NCBI RefSeq assembly: GCF_009914755.1
Contig: NC_060927.1
Source of the DNA: the human T2T-CHM13v2.0 reference genome, Homo sapiens
Length of the DNA: 64,000 nucleotides
Strand: one strand, 5' to 3'
Shown here one piece after another: positions 1 to 14,333 of the stretch. A model generated the notes under the pieces. The model was given only the letters and a program-made list of their open reading frames with translations, ran no database searches and was not told where the DNA came from. Made by a program: the position numbers and the translations under genes. Every line of letters starts with the position of its first letter. Within the stretch, counting starts at the first letter, position 1.

Positions 1-964
1 CCCAGAAATGTCATCTGAGCATCGTTGTCTAACTCTGCTTCCCAGGGAAGAGGTGTGAGCAGCCAGAGTGGGCGCCACGGGCCCACCTCAGTCCATCACT
101 GGGGAGCTGCCCGCAAACCCCACCCATTTCTTTAACAGTCCCCAAGGGTCCCTGACACTCTTTCCAGCCTCAGAAGCCCCCAGGGACCCAAGTAGCCAAT
201 TCTCATCTTCCTTGAGCTGTTTCTCCTGGAAGAACATCCACTTCCGCAACCACTACTGCTGGTTGTGGTTATTAACTACTACTGCGTTAAAAACTCAAAC
301 CCCCAAATCTGAAGGTGTGGCCTCAGGGCTCGTTGCCCTTGACCCTCACCCGTCAACAGTCGACCCCTCTGCCTTCACAGCCTTTTCCTCCTCTGACATT
401 CCTGACCTCCCCGTGGCCTGCCTTCCCCTGTCTCCTTGGCCGAGCCATCCTCTGTCACCTTCACTGTTTCCACTAGGTTATTGAGGCCTTTTGGTCATGA
501 GCTCCTGCCACCAAATCAGTGCCTGAGGCTGCTGCATAACAATCTCCTTCCTTGATTAGAGCATCTTAATTATGCTCCAGGAATTTGCTTAAACAGATTA
601 ATCATTCTGGAGGACAGATTTAGAAGCTGTGCTAGCTGAGGGATCTGCTCTGAGTGTCCCCGGGGAGATTCTGGTGACAACCGCCTGTTGGGCCTTTGCC
701 AAGGCCTTGGGTGCCTCGGAGACTCGGACACTGGCTGGAAGCTCTACGCACCCCCGAAGGCTTCTCTTTGCTCCTCTGGGCCTGTAGAGCAGGCTCTGAA
801 ACTCTTGGATGTGAAACGTGGCAGGAGTTTGAGAGTAAGGAGGCCCTGGTGTCCCCTTTCCCTTCCAGCGGACTCGCTGCACTCTAAGGAGTGGATTTGT
901 GGGCCCCTCCTCAATAAAGTAAAGCCTTAGTCCACTTACTTGTGGCAACTGGGCACCACAGATA

Positions 965-1086
965 TTGGAGCCTCACCTCCAACCAACTTAATCAGGATTT
1001 CTGGGGTTGAGCATCTCTAATTTTGCAGGAGCAACTGAAGAGCCCACCAGTTGGTTCTAGTATACACCCAGGTTAAGGAATCACAG
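965..1086. mobile_element. MER5-like hAT-Charlie DNA transposon fragment
   Basis: Degenerate MER5-type sequence (aatcaggatttctggggttgagc ... ccaggttaaggaatcacag). Confidence 0.45.
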
Positions 1087-1279
1087 CAAAATCTGAGCAC
1101 TATCAGATGGTTTACTTCTGTACACATCAATGTGGAGAGTCAGTCCCAAAGTCCTTTGGCACTGAGGATAGATCTATCTGGTACTAATGGACAATAATTA
1201 GCGTGCCCAAATCTACCCAAAGTAGGTGTTTACAAACGCTTAACGCTGGGGAGGCAATGTTTCACGCTGTTCAAAAGCC

Positions 1280-1495
1280 AGTGCTTTGGATCAGACTATA
1301 TAGATTTAAGTGCTGTTCCCCCATTTCCTAGCTGTGTGACCTTGGGTAAGTTAACCTCTCTGAGCCTCGATTTTCTCATAGGGACTGTATGCACTTCACA
1401 GGATTGTAAAGAAGGGGAATAAGACTGTACATGGAAGGAGCTTAGAGCAGTGCCTGCCATACAGTAAGTTCCCACTTAAAGTTAGCTATCACTAC
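1280..1495 (+). mobile_element. MIR SINE
   Basis: MIR core tagctgtgtgaccttgggtaagttaacctctctgagcctc and 3' part cttagagcagtgcctgccatacagtaag. Confidence 0.85.
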
Positions 1496-2632
1496 TTGCT
1501 CATTCTTCTCCTCAGCATCACCATTTGGCTCAAGGATAGAACAGAATGTTCATAAGAAGCCAGGTCAGGAGGTTTTTCCCAGTGACAACCAATGAGGCTG
1601 AACCTGGAGCAAATCAATGACACTAAGCCGGTCCTCTACCAGTCCCCTACCTATGTGAGGACTAACCAGGAAGGAAAATGCATTCCCTTCAGGGCTTAGA
1701 GTCATGGGAAGAACCAGATTATTTTTTGGAAATGTTAAGAAATGGTTGGGAAGGGAATCAAAAACAAATAAAGCTGATCTAGCCACAAGAGTGAATTCAG
1801 AAAACAAGTACAGAGAATGGTCCTCAGCACCACACACTTGTTTTTCATGTCATCACTGTCCTGATCGAGCCATGCTTTATTCTTGAAATCTTGCCATAGA
1901 AGGAACTGCTCAAATTCCATAGTTTTGCAGAATGGTGGAAAGAGTATTGCAAGCACAGGGCAGGAGAAGTTGGTGTGGTCTTGGAGAAGGGCACATAGCT
2001 CGGTCTGGTTGGATGTGCATGGTGTCTGCAAGATCAAGCAGCCCTGAGCCATGCCAAGGAGTATACAACTGACTCTGGAGGTTAGGGGACTCATTTAATT
2101 ATGCAGGGAGAGTAGTATAGAAAGAGTTTGTAAACAGATTTGGAGGAAAGATTGGAAGCAGAGACACTGGTCAGGAAACATGTTTAATCAGAGAAATAGA
2201 CAAATGCAAAAATATTGAAGCATTTGTTAGAACTGTATTTAAAGCCTTCACATCTTTAGAAAAAAAAAAATAAGTGATGCAAGTTTTAAACTAACTAAGA
2301 CATATCCTTGGCACCAGGAACTGCATGCTATGTAAAATCACATTTGTTTTCAAAAATAGGGAATTACATTTCTGGATTGAGATAATTTTCCTTTTTCTTA
2401 TATTAATCTTTGTTGCTTTTATAGACAGTAAATTGTCAACAGAAAGATAGATGGCCCCTCATTTCACTTCAATAAATGCTTTTTGCACATCTGAATATGT
2501 ATGATGCCATGGGACACTGCAGACTAAATTAAACGTCTTTATAAGGGATGCCAAGGAAGATGCATGTAATTCACCATATAGAGTGTGCTGGCATGTGAAG
2601 AAAATAAACTGGATATTAAAGTGGAAATTCTA

Positions 2633-2979
<347 letters not shown>

Positions 2980-3572
2980 CTAGGTGTGCCATTGTAGACA
3001 AGGTGGAAAAAGAACAAGATTTGGTATAATGTGACCTGAGCTCAAGTTTTATCCCATGGAGGACCAACATTGTGAACTCTGTGCTAGTTTGTTTTTCAGT
3101 CTCAGCTTCCTCTTCTATAAGTTGGAGGTAAAATACGTGGACTGAGTCACGTTGTTTCAATCTTGTACGTATACAGCGTGTTTCTTAGGCCCCAGTGGAA
3201 AACTTTACATTTATCTCTGTAGAATTTCATCATCTTGGTAGCAATTTTCAAACATGTGAAGGGTTAGTATATTTGTGGAGGGATTAGACATGGTCCATGT
3301 GTCCAGGGGCTAGGAGCAAGACAGATATGGGCAATAGAAAGATAGAGAAAGGGTCAATATGAAAAAGTAATTTTCTAACTTTCAGAACAATCATAGCATG
3401 CAGCCTTGGTGTCAGGAGGGGGTGGTTTCACATGATGGAGGTGATCTGGCACAGGTTGGAGACAACTGGATAGGGACATAGCAGAGAGGATTCAAGCATC
3501 GGATGATGTCTTTTCCAAACACAAAGTAGAATGACAAACAGCTCTAAATGAAATCTCATCCACATGCAGTGA

Positions 3573-4059
<487 letters not shown>

Positions 4060-5063
4060 TAAATATAAGACCTCCTTTCTTTCTGAAAAACGTGATTTCA
4101 GTGAAAAGTTATTTAACCCTAAAGTACCCAAGTAAGCTTAAAAATATTAGATAATTTTAAATTTCTATTGACATCTAGGAAGATATATAGATACACACAC
4201 ATTATACACACATATATTTACTCATTTATTCATACATTTATTTTTGTAGAACTTGTAAACTTTTAACTATCATTTACTAAAACAACTGAACTATAGGGAA
4301 AATGAAATAGGTCATTTCATAAAAATACATTTAATTACCAAGAATTTAGTATGGGGAATTAATTGCAGAAAGCTTAGCTATAATATCAACTCAAATCAGT
4401 ATTTTTCCACATGCCTCTTATCAGCCTCTTATAGACTCACTCCTGAGGCGATGAGTTTTGAAATAATTGTTGAAAATGATTTATTGTATTCAATCTGAAT
4501 GCTTGATGAAGTAGAAGCATTTATTGCTCTGTCATAATTATGTATTTATCTGAATGTTCTTAAAGATAATTACTTGGAATATTTATTTCAATGAAACTTA
4601 CTAGGTAGAGGTTCATATCAACTATTATGTATGTGAAATTCCAAATTCATCCATCTGGTCTAAAATGCTCTCTATAGAGGCAGGCCTTGAAAATGTCTAA
4701 CCCTACAGTTGGGTCAAGCACCCTCTGACTAGTGATTCTTGTCACCTGCATCCTGACCAGGAGAAGCAGATCTTGGGTGCCAGGGATGTGGGTAATGTCC
4801 CATCAAAGGAGGTGGCCACATCTATTCCATTCATTAAGCATGCATGACCTACGCAAGCTATACTGACTAGTTTCTTCACAGAGCTCTATTTGTAGGAGGC
4901 AGGTCCCTATAGCTAGAAGTTTTATGTACCTTTCTGTTCCAGCAATTTCTTTCCTGTTTTATGCCTCTGAAGTCAGAGCAGTACTATCCTAATAATTTTC
5001 CACCCTGGATGCATATTTTAATATTTGGAGGTTAAAAAAAAATACAAATGTAAGTAGCTAGAG

Positions 5064-5267
5064 CAGCAGTTCTCAAACACTGCATCAAACTCACCTGGAG
5101 AGCTTGTTAGACGCAGGTGGCCGGGCCTCATCCCCATTCCCATCACCATCTCTAGCCCCAGAATTCTGATTCAGTAGGCCTGGGTAGGCCTGAGAATTTG
5201 CATTTCTAACAAGTTCCCAGGTAATGCTGAAGTGCCTGGTCCAGGGCCCACAATTTGAGAACCACAG
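5064..5267. mobile_element. MER5A (hAT-Charlie) MITE
   Basis: Termini cagcagttctcaaa / tttgagaaccacag; internal gaatttgcatttctaacaagttcccagg; 8-bp TSD agctagag / acctagag. Confidence 0.9.
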
Positions 5268-5706
5268 ACCTAGAGAACTGGAATTAATTTGTCTTACATG
5301 GGGCCTAGCAGTTAGATTTTAAAAACATGCCAGGTGATTCTAATGTGCAATTAGGGCTGCAAATGACAAATCTGCAGGACTTCTTTCTCTAACATGTACC
5401 TTTTTATTTTATATCAAGGTTAAGTGTGATATGAAAAATCTTATGCCAAATACAAAGGTAACATAACACCAACTGCTGAACATTAAGTCTGACCTAATTT
5501 TGAATGCACTTACTGATTTAACTATTACACTAGCAGTAACTTGAGTTGTTAGCTCACATTATACTGGTAAGGCTATGAATATCTTCTTAAAATAATTCTT
5601 ACTGCATATTTAAAAAAATAAAACATAGGTACATGAATTGCACTCCCAAATATTTTTCAATTTGTTCTACTCAGACCTTCCTAAAGTACTTATAAGAGTC
5701 TAACAA

Positions 5707-6102
<396 letters not shown>

Positions 6103-7199
6103 TTAGATATAATAGACCCATTTCAAGTTAATGCCATCACTAAAGAGCCTATAAACCTTGATTTAGAATTAAATCTTATGTTGTTATCATGTATCACTCT
6201 GGATCAATAAAGACAGAATAAGCAAATAGATTTGGGAAATTTTGTTGTTGATAAATCATTGAAACAGCGTATTGGAGAGATATTTTTAAAGGTTCACAGA
6301 TGTGTTTCCCTGCATACATACCCCAAGATCTTGCATCACGGCTCCCTTTTGAGTACAAGTAGACATTATCCTGGGGAAGATTTTTTTTTACCAGGACGCT
6401 GAAAAGTTCTAGTTAGCACATAGCTTTGCCTGTCAGGGATTATCGGGACTCCAGGGTAATTTGTAATTTCATACAATAGGCATGTGCTGTGAATAGAATT
6501 ATTTAAGAGAGCTATGATTCAAGTATGGATAAGGGGAACTTTCAAATATTAAGTGGCATTTGAATTTTAAGAGTCTTTTTGAAAAGCAAAAACAAAACCC
6601 TGAAGTGAGTATATATACCCACTTGTGAAAGCTTCATTTCTACCTGCCATTAGAGAAGGGTTCCTTCAGATGGAACATGATAGGTAATGTTTTCACAGCA
6701 CTTTACAGTTTTCAAGACACTTCTACATATATTACTTATAGAATCCAGGCTTAGCTTTAAAAAATCACTTTTTAGAAAGGCTGAGACAGGAAAGTAGCAA
6801 ATAATTTGTCTGCTTTTGTTCAATGACATTTATCCATGAACTCTATTCGCTTGGTAGCAGCTGAACCTGAGGTAGCAGACAAGTCACGAACAAAGCAGGG
6901 AGGAGGAGACGAGGAGGAGCTAAGGAACAGAGCTGCCTGCGGGAAAGATACAGTTAGAAACCCACTGCTCTGGGCAGCGCTGTCCAGGAACGCTCAGCTC
7001 CAGAGCTGGATGGCTCTGAAGGCTGCAGATGATCAGGGCAGAATCCCAGGGGACCCTTATCACCCAGAAAGGAATCTAAAACCAGACAGATGAAAATGGA
7101 CACTGAGGGAAATTCAAGGTCAAGGACACCATAGCCAGAAGTGGCCAAGATACACAAAACAAAAACAGAACAGAACAGGAAAATGGAGAGAAGGAAAGA

Positions 7200-8720
7200 A
7201 CATAGAATTAGGGAACCTAGCGCGGCTGCAGGGGCCAGGCCAGCGCATGGCCGCTCTTTTTCCCCGCGGCGCAGCTGGCATCATCCTCTCACCATTTTCT
7301 CCTTTGGGAGGAATCAATGCCACGGTTTCAAGCTTAAACTTCCCCCGTTGACTCTTGTCTTGATTCTGAGAGAAACCATGCCTTGGGTAAAGGTGTCTTT
7401 AAAGATCTGTTGCATGCTTTCATATTTTCTTTTTTTCAAAATAACAGGCCACCGTCTCAGATTAGCTTAATATGCTTGTCGTATCAGTTTATAATATTAA
7501 AAAATATTTTTCCCATAGTTTTTATGTGGTGGAAAGATGGGTCCGGGTTAATGAATATTCTTTGCTACGGCCAGAGAAAATAAAAAAGAGCCCACGCAGT
7601 TCTGAAAGCACATTTTTAATCCCCTTCATTACCAAACTAGAAAGGGTATCAGTTCTCTTTTTCCTAGACATACAATAATGAGTACCAGGCTCTAGTCCTT
7701 ATCGTCCGCCTTCATTCCTATGCACTAAAGCAGCTTACCAAGCCCGATGTTCTCCACGTGACTCGACTCTGCGTTCCATCCACGGAAGAAAGCGCCAGGC
7801 TGCGTCCTATTTGCAAGGCCTATTCCTTTCACCTTCTAAGTCACATTTGTTATCTCTCTTGTCACAGAAGCTGATTCGACAACACATATTCAGTTATATC
7901 CTCCCCTTCATCTCACTCCGCAGCCAGGATGAAGGGACGCACCTGGCATTTAAACCTGGGTGCTGAAATGCCTCTGCTTGTGGCTTAAACCGCTCGCTAA
8001 GGATTCCCACTTACATCTTTGCAACAGCCACATTTTGGTAAATGAGTAATCTGTGTTCTTGAATGGAGAGGCTGGCTATTTCCCTGCAGCCATATTCTCC
8101 TTGTGGGCGATCCCTTGAGCATTCTCCTTAAGTGGTGCTTAGAAGAAGATGCCCAGGGGTTCTGAACACAAGGCCAGATACTAGCATCACTTTTGTGCAT
8201 TGATGGAATTCTACTGCTGATCACAAGACTAAGAAGAAGCAGGGGGGAATGGGGTGGGGCCAAAGCCTGGGTATTGAGAGGAGGGGCAGGGGGCGGAGTG
8301 AGGAGGGGTAATTCCGGGTCTCCAGTGGAGCCGCCCCTCTGTAGAACAATCTTGGGAAGTGGGCCTGGCTGCCAGGAGAGGTTCTGGGAGGTCGGTACGG
8401 AGGGTTGGCAAGGGGGGCCCAGGCACAGGGTTCAAATACTAAGCAATCTCGGAGGCAAACAGGCAGTACCTCTGGTAGCAAACGAAGCCATCAGGCACCC
8501 TGAAGGCTGAGCTGAACCCACCGTGGGATCTCAGGCAGGTCCTCCAAAGGTAGCAGGTGTGGCAGGACCATCATCATGGTCGAGGCAGTGTGCGGGCACA
8601 CAGGGCCCCGAGCTTGTTTGAGGCTCTGCTGCCGCCATCTTGAAATTTTAAATAATTCTTTCATTACGGGCTTGGCATTTTTCTTTTTTAAATTTTATTT
8701 ATTTTTTAATGTGCCAGTCC
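7200..8720. promoter_or_regulatory. CpG-enriched promoter/enhancer-like region
   Basis: Local CpG excess outside repeats; CACGTG E-box 7755-7760; GC boxes 8289-8298 and 8331-8336; ETS-like ttccgg 8312-8317; YY1 consensus gccgccatcttg 8631-8642; G-runs 8242-8310. Confidence 0.55.
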
Positions 8721-8839
8721 TAAAAAATGCGGCCTGGATTAGGGAAGGGAGGTCAGTGTTTCTTCTAAGCTAATGGGATCCCAGCCAACAATTTAGGGCT
8801 TGGAGTAAAACTTCCCCCAACTCCACAATCTGCATCACT

Positions 8840-9035
8840 CTCTCTGTCCTTCCCCTGCTTGATGTTTCTTTAGAGCAGTCTTCACTTCCTGAATTAAAGT
8901 GGTTCTTGTTTACTTTGTTTATTGCCTATCTCCCTTTTGCCTGTAGGAGGCAAGGACTTTGTCCATCTTGTTCACTGCAGCATCCCCAGTCCCTACAACA
9001 GTGCCCGGCAAATGCAAACATGCGCTGAATGAATG
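8840..9035. mobile_element. L2 3'-end fragment
   Basis: Typical L2 terminus: tttgtttattgcctatctccc ... cttgttcactgcagcatccccagtccctacaacagtgcccggca ... tgaatgaat. Confidence 0.7.
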
Positions 9036-9291
9036 GTTAACTTCAGGCCTTGGGAAAGGTAAGACCCCAGGATCCCAGAGGAATTGCTGGATTCCACGGG
9101 ATGTGGGCAGCGCCTGGAAGTAACTCAGTCCTATACAGAATCTCAGGAAGAAGAGGAGCTCTGTGTCAGGGCAGGAGGATCCTGTGTCTAGGGAGAGAGC
9201 TGCCATAAGGGTGAGATTGGTGGGTATGTTGCAGGTGGGAGAATCACTAGGGAACTTGAGGCAGGTGAAGGTAGCATAAATAAGATTGGAG
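8924..9291 (+). repeat. 368-bp direct repeat, copy 1 (probable donor)
   Basis: Manual alignment to 13212-13579 gives 6 substitutions and no indels. Confidence 0.97.
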
Positions 9292-9760
9292 GTTGGTGAC
9301 ACTCAATTTTTTTTTTTTTTTACTAAGAGTAATATCCAAACTGGCAAGTGATATGCCAGCTTACATTGGCTTTTTCTAAAGGTAAAGCTGAAGTGGAAAT
9401 GTGCTAAGTTGTTATTGCCCCAGCAGAGTAGAAGCAACTTCCAAAGTTTCACAAAAGCATCTACTGATTAGAATTGCCTATGGGGCTTGATTTAAGACAC
9501 CCAGTGATGAGGCCACCACCCTGTAACGTTTTAGGATTGTCAGAGCACTAGCTTATGTCAATGCACTTATCTGTCAGTGCACTGTGCTTATGAGGCCCTG
9601 GACCCCTGAGGTGCAAATGCATGTAGAGGTGACCTGAGCCTGGAGTGTACCTGGGACCCATGAGTGACAGCTCTGAACCTTCGGAACTATTTTCAAAATG
9701 TTCCAAATGAAACAGACTTTTCCCTTCCTGATCTGAGCACTTCCAAAATATTTTATCTCA

Positions 9761-10187
<427 letters not shown>

Positions 10188-10389
10188 CTAGTTAAAGCAA
10201 AAAAACCCTTTAATCACCAAACCTGCTGCTGTGCCCAGTAGGGTCACTCCTCCTGGTCTCAGGTTAGATGAAACTTGCACCTCCACCAGTCAGAGCAGGT
10301 GAGCATCAAAGGATGAGACTGTTGGGTTTGTCATTTAGGCATGATGTGAGTTTCATTTAATAAGAAGGAAATTATGTTTTCAAGTGTTT

Positions 10390-11005
10390 TGTTTTTTCCA
10401 GCTTTATTGAGGTATAATTGACAAATAATTGTGTGTTTAAGGCATACGTGATGTTTTCACATATGTATACATTACAAAATGGTTACCACAATCAACCTAA
10501 TTAATATATCCATCACCTCCCACAGTTGGTTACTTTTGTGTGTGTGGTGAGAACATTTAAAATTTGCTCTCTTAGCAAATTTCTAGTATAGAATACAGTA
10601 ACTATAGTCACCATGCTGTGTATTAGAGCTCCAGAACTTCTTTTTCCTGACTAACTAAAATGTTGGGCCCTTTGACCCCATCTTTCCACCCCTGCCTCAT
10701 TCCCCCGGCAACCATTATTCCACTCTCTGCTTCTATGAGTTTGACTGTTTTATTCTATAGAAATGAGATCTTCTAGTACTTTTCTTTCTGTGTGTGGCTT
10801 ATTTCACTTAGCACGTCCTTCAGGCTCATCCATGTTGTCTTAGATGACAGGATTTCCTTGTTTTTTTAAGGCTCAATAATATTCCGTTGTGTATATACAC
10901 TACATTTTCTTTATCCATTCATCATCACTGGGCATTCAGGTGGTTTCCATATCTTAGCTATTGGGAATAGTGCTGCAATGAATATGGGAGTGCAGATGTC
11001 TCTGA
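10390..11005 (-). mobile_element. L1MA-type LINE-1 3' end
   Basis: ctttattgaggtataattgaca ... cttagcaaatttc ... gtcaccatgctgtg ... ggcttatttcacttagca is the reverse complement of an L1MA 3' UTR. Confidence 0.85.
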
Positions 11006-11037
11006 TGATTATTAAGTATTTTATTTTTGCCTTCTCT

Positions 11038-11270
11038 ACAGCATAGTGGTTAAGACCAAGGTCACTGAAGCCAACATGCCTGGGTTCAAATCCCAGTTCT
11101 GATACTTGTTAGCTGTGTAACCTTTAGCAAATTAACTTCTCTGTGCCTCAGTTTCCTTATGTGAAATATAAATTCCTAACTTCTTGGGGAGGATTCAATG
11201 AATTTATACATATAAAACATTTAGAATGGGGCTTGGTGTATCCTAAGAATTCAATGTATGTTGGCTGTTC
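11038..11270 (+). mobile_element. MIR SINE
   Basis: cagcatagtggttaag ... cctgggttcaaatcccag ... ctctgtgcctcagtttcc. Confidence 0.9.
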
Positions 11271-12266
11271 TTGTCATCTCATTATTCTTGTCACCATTTT
11301 TTCAGCCCATCTCTTCTGATGGGGAAATCAATGTCTATTCTCTCATTTATCCTATTCCTGTTTGGATTTACAGCTCTTGAGGCAATGGTGTGGATTGAGT
11401 TTTATGACATTTCTCATTTATTAATCCATTACTTAGTAAAGATCTCTGCAGTTTAGAAAAAGGCATAGCATGAACAACTTTAGCGCAGGGAATGGAATGA
11501 GTGCTGATTCTGACCTCTGGAGGCCTGACCTAATGATCACAGTGTCACAGCTAAGTTTCCTGCCTGTTAGACACAAGCTGTTTAACGTGGTCACCAAACA
11601 TGGTGACAGGCAAAGAAAGATGAACTATGGATATGGAGAATATCATTTATGATGTTCATTTAGGGTTCCCTAGAGTCAAATCAAGTCTAAGACTCACTGG
11701 AAAGAATAAGAACCAAATCAAACCTGTTATCACAGTGAAACATCTCTTTCCAAGACACCTTATAACCAGGCATAACTCCAAGTCATGTAATCTGCAAAAC
11801 AGAGATAATTACACCTGCCGCTCTGTGTCGCACAGAGACAGTGTGAGGATTAATTAAATAATGACTGCCAAGAACACCGAGCTCCTTTGAGATAAACGCT
11901 CTACAAATGCAATCTTAGATGATTAGTCAAAATTTTATTCTGTAAATATCAGGACAGACCTGCAGCTTATGAGACCAGGTTCATAAAGACCACATCTGCA
12001 CTGCTGGAATTCCCCCAGAGGATAGAAAGCATGTCTGGAAAATTCCTGACCACCAAACTAATACATTTCTAGAGAACCTTTGTTTTATATAGTTCCACAT
12101 AACTCGACACATGCTTTCTTAACTGTTATCAGAGTCTCACACCAGGTGCCTGCATTTGGAGTCATATCTTCCATAGTGACATTGCTGCCTTCCAAATGAA
12201 TATCTCTTCTGTGGTTGGGGCCTCATTCAGCTGATTCCACTTTATGTGACTTTATCTTCATCATTG

Positions 12267-12358
12267 TAGGGTGACCCTCCCAGTTTTCCCAGAATGCAGG
12301 ACTTTCAGTGCTAAAACTGGGGCTAGTCCTGGGAAATTGGGATCAGCTAGTCAGCCTA
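12267..12358 (-). mobile_element. MER81 (hAT-Blackjack) MITE
   Basis: TIRs tagggtgacc / agtcagccta; internal ggactttcagtgctaaaac. Confidence 0.7.
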
Positions 12359-12459
12359 ACATGGTTTGCAATAATAATGATACTATGTTGCTTTGTAACC
12401 TCCTGGAATTTACCTCTGAGTCTTGGTAACCTGTTATATAAAATATTGAGGCCAAAACT

Positions 12460-12690
12460 GATAATAAGAAATTATTCTGTGCAAGGTGCAGTTCTAAATT
12501 ATTTATGCTTAATACCACAACTCCTGAAGGAAGGCATTATCATTACATCCATTTGACAGATGAGGCACATGAAGATAAGGGAATTTGCTTAATGTTACTC
12601 AGCTGGCAAATGGGCAGGGCTGGAGTGCCTCGCCAGGTGATGAGGTACCAGGCCCCTGTTCTTAAGCGTCATGCCATACTGCCTCTCTAA
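12460..12690 (-). mobile_element. MIR SINE
   Basis: ccatttgacagatgaggcacatgaag ... reverse-complement MIR core. Confidence 0.7.
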
Positions 12691-12829
12691 GAGAACTTCC
12701 AGGGCTCAGAGTTGATAATTTTCATATGAAAAGAAGCCATTTTGTTTCTTTATTTCTATCTATTGTAACAACTCAATAAACTAAGGGGACATATCTTCTC
12801 TTTTTCTCTGATTAAAAAATGCAAAACAG

Positions 12830-13211
<382 letters not shown>

Positions 13212-13214
<3 letters not shown>

Positions 13215-13579
13215 TATCTCCCTTTTGCCTGTAGGAGGCAAGAACTTTGTCCATCTTGTTCACTGCAGTATCCCCAGTCCCTACAACAGTGCCCGGCACA
13301 TGCAAACATGCGCTGAATGAATGGTTAACTTCAGGCCTTGGGAAAGGTAAGACCCCAGGATCCCAGAGGAATTGCTGGATTCCACGGGATGTGGGCAGTG
13401 CCTGGAAGTAACTCAGTCCTATACAGAATCTCAGGAAGAAGAGGAGCTCTGTGTCAGGGCAGGAGGATCCTGTGTCTAGGGAGAGATCTGCCATAAGGGT
13501 GAGATTGGTGGGTATGTTGCAGGTGGGAGAATCACTAGGGAACTTGAGGCAGATGAAGGTAGCATAAATAAGATTGGAG
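13212..13579 (+). repeat. 368-bp direct repeat, copy 2 (probable derived copy)
   Basis: 362/368 identical to 8924-9291; starts in the middle of the L2 fragment. Confidence 0.97.
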
Positions 13580-13857
13580 AGATGATGCGCCTTGCTTGAC
13601 TGGCTGGAGCTGCAGCTCTCTATCCACCGGGTCAGAAGTGGAACAGGCATCCAGCGCCTCATGAATGCAGACCTTTCCCGACTCTACTCCTCAAAAACTC
13701 AGGTATCTTGGGGTCAAGCTTCTTTTCCTTTTTCAAACCTCAGATAAAAAGTGCTGGTTACAACTCCTTTCCATTGCAATTGAGTTACCAGCTCACAGTC
13801 CAAAGTTTGGTCAAGCAAGGAGCATCATCGCTCCTGTCCTGTGTGGCCTGCAGCACG

Positions 13858-13930
13858 GGCCGATTCAGTGGGAGAGGAGCACTCGAAAGAGAGAGAACAG
13901 ATTTGCTGCTCATTCTGCACAGGGAGTGCT
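13858..13930 (+). repeat. 73-bp inverted repeat, right arm
   Basis: Partner of 13142-13214. Confidence 0.95.
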
Positions 13931-14266
13931 CGTTATGCGGCCGCCGTAACAAAACACCGTAGACTGGGTAGTTTAAACAACACACTTATTTTCTCACAGT
14001 CTGGAGTCCGGAGGTTCAAGATCTGGATGCCACCACAGCCAGGTTCTGATGAGGACCCTCTTCCTGGCTGAAGGGTTAGCTGGCTGCCTTCTCAGATGAG
14101 TAGGAGTGAGAGGGCGAGCCGGTGAGCTCTAGTGTCTGTCTCCTCCTATAAGGAAACGAATTCCATCATGAGGGGCCCACCGTCATGACCTTATCTAAAC
14201 CTAATGATCTCCAAAGACCACATCTCCAAATAGCATCACATTAGGAATTAGGGCTTCAGCGATATG

Positions 14267-14301
<35 letters not shown>

Positions 14302-14333
14302 GTGGCAGGGGAAATCACAATTCAGTCCATAGC
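13927..14333 (-). mobile_element. MLT1A-type MaLR solo LTR with internal T32 run
   Basis: gccgtaacaaaacaccgtagactgggtagtttaaacaac ... catcacattaggaattagggcttc ... attcagtccatagca; poly-T 14269-14300. Confidence 0.85.

Noticed and set aside
68-948. ORFs of 80-138 aa at the window start
   Set aside because: No recognisable domain, overlapping ORFs on both strands, several with non-ATG starts; consistent with chance ORFs in GC-richer DNA.
14269-14300. T32 run as the tail of a retroposed insert
   Set aside because: It sits at a short T-run native to MLT1 LTRs, with no body or TSD; homopolymer expansion is the simpler explanation.
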